Shown: piece by piece, positions 39,070-46,372 of the stretch
Layout: every line of letters begins with the position of its first letter
Numbering within the stretch: position 1 is the stretch's first letter
Source of the DNA: Dehalococcoidia bacterium
GTDB lineage: Bacteria; Chloroflexota; Dehalococcoidia; GIF9; AB-539-J10
Assembly: GCA_049678605.1 (NCBI GenBank)
Contig: JBAUEM010000014.1
Coordinates: 873 to 64,872 of the forward strand
DNA: 64,000 nucleotides
Direction: 5' to 3'
Program-made: the position numbers and the translations under genes
The notes under the pieces: model-generated
What the model was told of the DNA's origin: nothing
The model's database searches: none
What the model saw: only the letters and a program-made list of their open reading frames with translations

Positions 39070-39909
39070 TTGCAATTGACTATAGTAAAGACCATACCCG
39101 AGATAAGGGCACTAAGACAGAAGCTCAGCGGCATAGTGGGCTTCGTCCCCACTATGGGCTATCTTCACGAAGGCCATCTGGCTTTAGTAAAGCAGGCCAG
39201 GATGGAAAATTCCGTCGTTATTGTTAGCATTTACGTCAACCCCACTCAATTCGGCCCCAGGGAAGATTTTGGCGCTTATCCCCGAGAGCTTAACCGTGAC
39301 CTGGAGTCGTTGCGGGGAGAGGGGGTGGATATCGTCTTTGTCCCCTCCGATGATGAGATGTACCCACCCGAATTTAGTAGCTGGGTGGATGTGGAGAAGG
39401 TGACCGAGCGAGTTGAGGGAGCATCTCGTCCGGGGCATTTTAGGGGTGTAGCCACTGTAGTGGCCAAGCTATTCAACATTGTCCAGCCAACACGGGCTTA
39501 CTTCGGGCAGAAAGATGCCCAGCAGGTGATGGTCATTAAGAGAATGGTGGCTGACCTTAACATGGGGATAAGAATCGTGGTTGTACCTACGGTCAGGGAG
39601 AGCGATGGGCTGGCTATGAGCAGTCGCAATATTTACCTTAACCCCAAAGAACGCCAGGCAGCCACAATATTGTTCAAGGCTCTTACCTTAGCCCGGCAGT
39701 TAAGGCGGGGTGGGGAAAAGGATGCTGGAAAGATTCGCCGGCAAATGACCTCACTTATCCCAAAAGAACCTCTAGCCCGAATTGACTATGTCAGCATTGC
39801 TGATGCCGAAACAATGGCAGAATTGAGCTTGATCGACCGCCCGGCATTGGCTTCCTTAGCCGTCAGGATAGGTAAAATGAGGTTGATAGATAACATGCCT
39901 CTGGAATAA
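39070..39909 (+). CDS. panC: Pantoate--beta-alanine ligase
   Basis: GFVPTMGYLHEGHLALV (HIGH-like) and FGQKDAQQ motifs. TTG start; an alternative TTG at 39076 has better RBS spacing. Confidence 0.93.
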   Translation: MQLTIVKTIPEIRALRQKLSGIVGFVPTMGYLHEGHLALVKQARMENSVVIVSIYVNPTQFGPREDFGAYPRELNRDLESLRGEGVDIVFVPSDDEMYPPEFSSWVDVEKVTERVEGASRPGHFRGVATVVAKLFNIVQPTRAYFGQKDAQQVMVIKRMVADLNMGIRIVVVPTVRESDGLAMSSRNIYLNPKERQAATILFKALTLARQLRRGGEKDAGKIRRQMTSLIPKEPLARIDYVSIADAETMAELSLIDRPALASLAVRIGKMRLIDNMPLE

Positions 39910-40093
39910 GTGCCTCGGTGTGTCTTTGCCAGGCTTTTTCCTTCTCTAGCACTGTGAGAATCCCCCCTTTGTCATTGCGAGGGGCGGAAGCCCCGAAGCA
40001 ATCCCAGTGGGATTGGGCGGGGACAAGCCCCGCCCCTACGGTCTTCTGACGCAGTGTAGTGGCGGAGTTTATCTCCGCCTTACTTTGTCATTT

Positions 40094-40130
40094 CCTCTCC
40101 CTTGACGGGAGAGGATTAGGGTGAGGGGTG
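40094..40130 (+). repeat. Hairpin repeat copy
   Basis: cctctcccttgacgggagaggattagggtgaggggtg. Confidence 0.8.
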
Positions 40131-40397
40131 GTGTGCCGAAAGCGAAGAATCTCACCTCCGCTGAGGACAGGCTCCACGAAGGGTCTCCCGGATTCTTCCG
40201 TCGCGAAAAAGTTCAATTCAGCGTCCTTTGCTCTAGACAGCTTTCCTTCTCTGCCTGAGAAAGAAGAAAATCCCCAGTCCCATTACCACCGCACCGATAA
40301 TCCGTCAATAAGCTGTTGGTTCACTGTTGCTGGCGTCCTCAATTTTCTCTGCCATTTCTTTCAGTTCAAGCGCTTATGTTATTTCTAGCACCAAATA

Positions 40398-41246
40398 CTA
40401 TCTTATTAATTCCTCCAGGGTCTTATCGCCGGTCCCTGATGGGTAGTATTTGAGCTCCGCCTCGTATTTCGGGTCTGGACCTATGACATCCATGGTGCTA
40501 TCCACCGCCTCTTTTATAGTCGCCTTCTCCGAGCATAGCTGTCCAATTAAATAAGGAGTGGCTTCATCCACATAGTGCAAATCCACGCTGGCATCCCAGG
40601 CAAGATAGGCCGAGGCGCCTTTATCAACAAATGCTTCAGCCAGGTCTGTCAAATAGATGCCGGAACAGCCCATCATTATGATGACGGTATCATCAAATTC
40701 CTTTGTCATACTTTTGCTGATGAATTTTTGCGATATACTGAACACCCAGGGATAACCTTCAGCAATGCTGGCCATAAACAGTCGGTCGTCTAACACATCG
40801 AGCTGATGCTTTTTCCAGTCAAATTCCTCATTGGTAAACAATGTGGTCTTGTAATATGTCTGTTCCTCTCCTTCCAGTATACCGGAATGAGATCGAAAGA
40901 CGATTAGTTTATAGCCACGGCCTGACAGCCCGCGGTAAAAATCAACCGTAATATTATTACCCTGGTAGAGGTCAACTTCAAAGCCGTAGTCCTCAAGCTC
41001 ACTGGTGACCTCTGTAATAAAGTCTTCGTTTTCCCGGAAGCTAGAAAGCTGGTCAACGATTGCTGCCTTTAGCTTCCCCCCGTTATCCGCAGGGGGCTGG
41101 CCCACGGGGTAGATACGGACAAAGACAACAATGCCGGCAATGGCTAATGCTATAAGCAGCCAGGCAAACCAGGGCAAGCCCCGAAAAAGGGGTTTGCCTT
41201 TAGCTTGCTTTCCTTTAGTCTGGTTCTTAGCCTTTGCTTTAGCCAA
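40398..41246 (-). CDS. Membrane-anchored extracytoplasmic protein with caspase/gingipain-like (clan CD) His...Cys arrangement
   Basis: Lys-rich cytoplasmic N-terminus and one TM helix. After that come strand-His (KLIVFRSHSG) and strand-Cys (TVIIMMGCSG), followed by LAEAFVDKGASAYLAWDASV, resembling the post-Cys helix and GAxA strand of C25-type peptidases. The fold call is pattern-based only. Confidence 0.6.
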   Translation of the reverse strand: MAKAKAKNQTKGKQAKGKPLFRGLPWFAWLLIALAIAGIVVFVRIYPVGQPPADNGGKLKAAIVDQLSSFRENEDFITEVTSELEDYGFEVDLYQGNNITVDFYRGLSGRGYKLIVFRSHSGILEGEEQTYYKTTLFTNEEFDWKKHQLDVLDDRLFMASIAEGYPWVFSISQKFISKSMTKEFDDTVIIMMGCSGIYLTDLAEAFVDKGASAYLAWDASVDLHYVDEATPYLIGQLCSEKATIKEAVDSTMDVIGPDPKYEAELKYYPSGTGDKTLEELIR

Positions 41247-42061
41247 TGTTCCACTCCTCCATCGTCAAAGCCCCTACCATAGCATCCAGAGGTCCATGCT
41301 CAGTCTCACCAGGCCCCTGGATGATGTAAGCAGTCATATCGAACTACAAGCCATCAACTTACCTCGTAATACTTTAGTTTTTCCATAAGTTCCGTCTTGA
41401 AATTAGGAGGCTCTCTCCTTCCGTATCCCCCCTTAAGATAAGGGGGGTTATGAACGTTCCTCAACATCCTCTAACATAAAGACGTTCTCTTTCATAACTC
41501 CCCTAGCCCCTCTTAGTCTTAAGAGGGGGGATTTTGGAAAAACTTACCTGTTACCTTGCCTCCATTCTAGCTTGTTTCGTCACTTGTATCAATTGGGCAA
41601 ACCTGTGCGGTACTGTCAACCGTTGGTCGGCGAGAATCCTGATGGACGTCAAATCATAGTCGACTGCGTGAATTTTTACACGATTCCCTCGTTATTGCGA
41701 GCCTCTTTGCTCCCTGTGAGTGCGAGGCTCCTCCCCCTGTCATTGCCAGAAGCCCCCGATGAATCGGGGCGACGAAGCAATCCCGGTGTGGCTGTTGAGG
41801 ATAGAGATTGCCGCGCTTTCGGCCCGCAGTGGCATACGGACACAATAACGTACGCTCGGCGCTCGTCCCCGCCTTCAATCGTGAAGGGAGGGATTCCTTC
41901 ACGCCTCGAAACCCAAGCCGTAGACTCACTGAACCTCAGAAAATAGAATACAAGCCATGGTGCGCCGCACACCACCCGTGCCGGATGAAAATGGCGTTAT
42001 TTTCTACGTAATATCAAAGCACAAAATATAAATGACCAAACAGTTTAGAAATTGGAATTTA

Positions 42062-42153
42062 GCCGCAGAGATTGCTTCGCTCCCGCCTGCCAAGCCTTGG
42101 CTCGCCTGCTGAAGTCATACGGCGAGCAGGCGGGCAGGTCGCTCGGAATGACG
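42062..42153 (-). repeat. 91-bp repeat element, inverted copy (partner 33882-33972)
   Basis: See partner. Confidence 0.85.
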
Positions 42154-42254
42154 ACTCAAACCAGCAAGCAGCTCTCTCTCCTCTCAGTTGAGGGAAGAGG
42201 ATTGTCGTGAAGGTGAGGGGGTGGAGATGAACTCTGCCCCTACGATTAAGTTCT

Positions 42255-43853
42255 CTATTTCGTAGCCCTGCGGCGCCTTCGCACCAGCAAGATTGTCCCA
42301 ACTATGATGGCTGCGCCAACGGCAATCCAGGGTGCTATGGCACGCAGTGTATCAATGGGAGATATGGGAGCTTCCGTCTCAGTAAGTGTCAGGATCACTG
42401 CGAGTGTCCGGGGTGTAATGGCTGCTCCAGCCGCTGCTACGGTTATTGTGGCGGAATAATCACCAGCGCTCATACCTGCTATATCTACAGAAGCCGTTAC
42501 CTCATCATGCTCACCGGTGGAACTACCATTTGTGGGCACTAAGGTCAGCCAGGCAGCGTCATCACTCACCGACCAATCTAGAGTACCCGTAACGGAGTTC
42601 CAGATTTCCAGTGTCTGATTTGCCGAGTTCGCCTCGCCAGCCACAGCGCTGAAACTCAAGCTCGCCGGACCGAAAGCAATCGTGGGAGCTTCCGTCTCAG
42701 TAAGGGGCAGGCTCACCGCCAGTGTCCGGGGTGTATTAGTTGCTCCAGCCGCTGCTATGGTTATGGTGGCGGAATAATCACCAGTGCTCATATCTGCTAT
42801 ATCTACAGAAGCCGTTACCACATCGTGCTCACCGGTGGAACTACCACTTGTGGGCGATAAGCTAAGCCAGTCGGCGTCATCACTCACCGACCAATCTAGA
42901 GTACTCGTACCGGAGTTCCAGATTTCCAGTGTCTGATTTGCCGGGTTAGCCTCACCAGCCACAGCACTGAAACTCAAGCTCGCCGGACCGAAAGCAATCG
43001 TGGGACCTTCCGTCCCAGTAAAGGTCAGGCTCACCACCAGTGTCCGGGGTGTATTAGGTGCTCCAGCCGCTGCTATGGTTATGGTGGCGGAATAATCACC
43101 AGTGCTCATACCTGTTACATCTACAGAAGCCGTTACCTCATCATGCTCACCGCTGGAACTACCACTCGTCGGCGCTAAGGCCAGCCAGGCAGCGTCATCA
43201 CTCACCGACCAGTCAAGCGTTCCTGGGCCTGAGTTCCATATCTCCAGTATCTGACTCGCCGGATTTGCTCCGCCCGCGGTGGCAAGGAAGGTAAACCTTT
43301 TTGGGTTAAAGGCTATGGTTGGTTCTGTTGGCAGAGAGACCTGCACTGAATGGTCCTCCGTGGTAGTGCTGATGAGGTTCGCCTGCCAATCATACATCCC
43401 TACCTCCTCCGGGGTGATATCGCTGGTGCTGCCGCCGGAGCCAAGAACCTCGAAGTGTATTTGGGCAAGGTAGCCCGTGCCAGTGACGCCGGGCGCGGGT
43501 GCGGCCGGTGTGGTGGCAATCACCCTGATTCTTCCTGTATCCACGGTATCCGGGGGGATATAGACCCAGTCACCTGGTTCTACCACAACGGTGTGACCAT
43601 CGATTTCGCCGCCTGTGACATCGGTCACGGTGATAATATTTTCGTCATAGGTAACATCGAAGCCGCAGATATTGTAGTTCTCCACGTAATCCACAGTCAC
43701 ATCGGCAACGAAGGAGCTTCCCGGATTCACCTCAGCTGGGGCATCTATGCCCACCGTCACCGTGCCATTGGCGCCAGTAATAGAAAGTGGCAGCAATGCC
43801 AGTGCCAGGCCCAGGCTTACTATGATGGCTAAAATGCCTTTCCAATGTTTCAT
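42255..43853 (-). CDS. Anchor protein A: signal peptide + cohesin + 3 BACON-like domains + C-terminal TM/RRRRR
   Basis: The cohesin-like module (about 43338-43766) reads GTVTVGIDAPAEVNPGSSFVADVTVDYVENYNICGFDVTYD...GTGYLAQIHFEVLG. It is followed by three ~105-aa repeats (L.FSAVAGEANPANQTLEIWNSG..LDWSVSDDA.WL.L.PTSGSS.GEHD.VTASVD...GDYSATITIAAAG). The C-terminus is PWIAVGAAIIVGTILLVRRRRRATK. Confidence 0.85.
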   Translation of the reverse strand: MKHWKGILAIIVSLGLALALLPLSITGANGTVTVGIDAPAEVNPGSSFVADVTVDYVENYNICGFDVTYDENIITVTDVTGGEIDGHTVVVEPGDWVYIPPDTVDTGRIRVIATTPAAPAPGVTGTGYLAQIHFEVLGSGGSTSDITPEEVGMYDWQANLISTTTEDHSVQVSLPTEPTIAFNPKRFTFLATAGGANPASQILEIWNSGPGTLDWSVSDDAAWLALAPTSGSSSGEHDEVTASVDVTGMSTGDYSATITIAAAGAPNTPRTLVVSLTFTGTEGPTIAFGPASLSFSAVAGEANPANQTLEIWNSGTSTLDWSVSDDADWLSLSPTSGSSTGEHDVVTASVDIADMSTGDYSATITIAAAGATNTPRTLAVSLPLTETEAPTIAFGPASLSFSAVAGEANSANQTLEIWNSVTGTLDWSVSDDAAWLTLVPTNGSSTGEHDEVTASVDIAGMSAGDYSATITVAAAGAAITPRTLAVILTLTETEAPISPIDTLRAIAPWIAVGAAIIVGTILLVRRRRRATK

Positions 43854-43878
43854 AATCTCACCTCCTTGTGTTATGCAG

Positions 43879-46368
43879 CTACGAAAAGTAGATTGTCTTA
43901 ATTGCAGTTATATCCCCAGTATCTATCATTTCATCACCATTGACATCGGCACAATCGGTTGGGGGGTCTAGTTCAAAGTAAATCCTCTTTGCCTTGGTGA
44001 TGTCCCCGCTATCTACGACGCCATCTCCATTAGCATCGCCCACTATACATACGAACAAGGCTAGAATCTTCTGATCAGTGTTAGGCGTGGTGAACGAATC
44101 GGTAACGGTAACTGTGACACTGAAGCCGCCAGATGCTGTCGGTGTTCCTGAGATAACTCCAGCCAGGGAGCAAGTTAAGCCAGCGGGTAATCCAGTCGCC
44201 CCCCAGGTACGAGGAGTCTTACCACCAGTTGCCACAAGAGTTGTCGAGTAGGCGTATCCTATCTTTATATTAGGAAGAGAAGTTGTGGTTATCTCCAGAG
44301 CGGCATATACCTTCAAGGCTAGAATCTTCTGGTCAGTGTTAGGCGTGCTGAACGAATCGGTAACAGTAACTGTGACACTAAAGTCACCCGACGCCTCCGG
44401 TGTTCCTGAGATGACTCCAGCCGTGGAGCAAGTTAAGCCAGTGGGTAATCCGGTCGCCACCCAGGTACGAGGAGTCTTACCACCAGTCGCCGTAAGAGTC
44501 GCCGAGTAGGCATCTTCTTCCTTCGCCTCAGGAAGAGAAGTTGTGGTTATCTCCAGAGCGGCATATACCTTCAAGGCTAGAACCTTCTCATCTGTATTAG
44601 GTGTGGAGAAGGAATCAGTAACGTTAACTGTGGCCGTGAAGTCACCCGACTCCGTCGGTGTTCCTGAGATGACTCCAGCCGTGGAGCAAGTTAAGCCAGC
44701 AGGTAATCCAGTCGCCCCCCAGGTATAAGGAGTCTTACCGCCGATGGCCGTAAAAGTTGCCGAGTAGGCATCTCCTACCTTCGCCTCAGGAAGGGAAGTT
44801 GTGGTTATCTCAAGGGGTGGGTATACCTTCAAGGCTAGAGTCGTCTGAGCAGTGTTAGGCGTGGAGAAGGAATCGGTAACGGTAACTGTGACACTGAAGT
44901 CGCCAGACGCTGTCGGAGTTCCTGAAATCACTCCAGCCGTGGAGCAAGTTAAGCCAGCAGGTAATCCAGTCGCCCCCCAGGTATAAGGAGTCTTACCGCC
45001 GATGGCCGTAAGAGTTGCCGAGTAGGCATCTCCTACCTTCGCCTCAGGAAGGGAAGTCGTGGTTATCTCAAGGGGTGGGTATACCTTCAAGGCTAGAATC
45101 TTCTGGTCAGTGTTAGGCGTGCTGAACGAATCGGTAGCAGTAACTGTGACACTAAGGTCGCCAGACTCCGTCGGAGTTCCTGAAATCACTCCAGCCGTGG
45201 AGCAAGTTAAGCCAGCAGGTAATCCAGTCGCTCCCCAGGTATAAGGTGGCTGACCACCACTTGCCGCAAGAGTCGCCGAGTAGGCATCTCCTACCTTCGC
45301 CTCGGGAAGAGAAGTTGTGGTTATCTCCAGAGCGGCATATACCTTCAAGGCTAGAATCTTGCTATCTGTATTAGGTGTGGAGAAGGAATCAGTAACGTTA
45401 ACTGTGGCCGTGAAGTCACCCGACTCCGTTGGAGTTCCTGAGATAACTCCATCCGCTGAGCAAGCTAAGCCAGCAGGTAATCCAGTCGCCCCCCAGGTAT
45501 GAGGAGTCTTACCACCAGTCGCTGCGAGAGTTGTGGTGTAAGGGTTCCCCGGGTACCCGTTAGGAAACGTAGTAGTGGTTATCTCAAGAGCAGGATATAC
45601 CTTTAAAGCTAGACCCTTGCTATCAGTGTCAGGTGGGCCGGCATCATCAGTAACGGTAACAGTGGGCGTGAAGTCACCCGACGCCGTTGGAGTTCCTGAG
45701 ATAACTCCAGCCGTGGAGCAACTTAAGCCACCAGGTAACCCGGTTGCCCCCCAGTTATAAGGTGGCTGACCACCGGTTGCCTCCAGCGTTGCCTCATAGT
45801 AGTCTCCTACCTTCGCCTCAGGAAGCGAAGTCGTGGTTATCTCCAGGGGGAAGGGAGCAGCAACATGTACCGAGTCATCTACTGTGGTCGTATCTATCTT
45901 GTTAGCCTCATAGTCATACATCCCCACCCCTTCCAGATGTATGGCACTGGTCTCGCAACTGGAGCCCAAAACATTGAAGTTTATTTGGGCGATGTGGCCT
46001 GTGCCAGTGACTCCAGGTCCGGGCATGCCGGGTACGACAGCGAGCACCCTGATTTTCCCTGGATCCGACGGACCGGAGGGATAGTAGACCCAGTCGACTT
46101 CAACGGCGTGACCATCGATTTCGCCGCCTGTGACATCGGTCACGGTGATAATTGTTTGGTCATAGGTAACGTCAAAGCCGCAGGCATCGTAGTTCTCCAC
46201 ATAATCCACAGTCACATTGGCAACGAAGGAGCTTCCCGGATTCACCTCAGCCGGGGCATCAATGCTCACCGTCACCGTGCCATTGGCGCCAGTAATAGAA
46301 AGTGGCAGCAATGCCAGTGCCAGGCCCAGGCTGACTACGATGGCTAAAATACCTTTCCAATGTTTCAT
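43879..46368 (-). CDS. Scaffold protein B: signal peptide + cohesin + 7 He_PIG-like Ig repeats + dockerin
   Basis: Cohesin about 45862-46281. Seven 86-aa repeats follow (LEITTTSLPEAKVGDAYSATL.A.GG..PYTWGATGLPAGLTCSTAGVISGTPT.SGDF..TVTVTD). The dockerin at 43882-44049 reads GDANGDGVVDSGDITKAKRIYF...CADVNGDEMIDTGDITAIKTIYFS. Confidence 0.88.
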   Translation of the reverse strand: MKHWKGILAIVVSLGLALALLPLSITGANGTVTVSIDAPAEVNPGSSFVANVTVDYVENYDACGFDVTYDQTIITVTDVTGGEIDGHAVEVDWVYYPSGPSDPGKIRVLAVVPGMPGPGVTGTGHIAQINFNVLGSSCETSAIHLEGVGMYDYEANKIDTTTVDDSVHVAAPFPLEITTTSLPEAKVGDYYEATLEATGGQPPYNWGATGLPGGLSCSTAGVISGTPTASGDFTPTVTVTDDAGPPDTDSKGLALKVYPALEITTTTFPNGYPGNPYTTTLAATGGKTPHTWGATGLPAGLACSADGVISGTPTESGDFTATVNVTDSFSTPNTDSKILALKVYAALEITTTSLPEAKVGDAYSATLAASGGQPPYTWGATGLPAGLTCSTAGVISGTPTESGDLSVTVTATDSFSTPNTDQKILALKVYPPLEITTTSLPEAKVGDAYSATLTAIGGKTPYTWGATGLPAGLTCSTAGVISGTPTASGDFSVTVTVTDSFSTPNTAQTTLALKVYPPLEITTTSLPEAKVGDAYSATFTAIGGKTPYTWGATGLPAGLTCSTAGVISGTPTESGDFTATVNVTDSFSTPNTDEKVLALKVYAALEITTTSLPEAKEEDAYSATLTATGGKTPRTWVATGLPTGLTCSTAGVISGTPEASGDFSVTVTVTDSFSTPNTDQKILALKVYAALEITTTSLPNIKIGYAYSTTLVATGGKTPRTWGATGLPAGLTCSLAGVISGTPTASGGFSVTVTVTDSFTTPNTDQKILALFVCIVGDANGDGVVDSGDITKAKRIYFELDPPTDCADVNGDEMIDTGDITAIKTIYFS
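44050..45855 (-). repeat. Array of 7 tandem 258-bp coding repeats (He_PIG-like units) in scaffold B
   Basis: The 258-bp period is visible as recurring antisense ORFs starting MVISRA/GGYTFKAR at 44285, 44543, 45059, 45317 and 45575. Confidence 0.9.
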
Positions 46369-46372
46369 AATC

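Noticed and set aside
40128-40388. 86-aa plus-strand ORF.
   Set aside because: It starts inside a hairpin repeat copy and runs antisense to the anchor-like remnant. It has no RBS.
41572-42301. ORFs 41572-41946, 41654-41929, 41676-41975, 41808-42011 and 42059-42301.
   Set aside because: They overlap on both strands within a repeat-dense intergenic region. Their products are repeat-derived peptides.
44285-45760. Series of 61-74-aa plus-strand ORFs (MVISRAAYTFKAR...) at 258-bp intervals. The same occurs at 46515-47249 and 50164-51930.
   Set aside because: They are antisense reading frames of the He_PIG coding repeats. Their periodicity simply mirrors the repeat array; they have no RBS and lie fully inside much longer, well-supported minus-strand genes.
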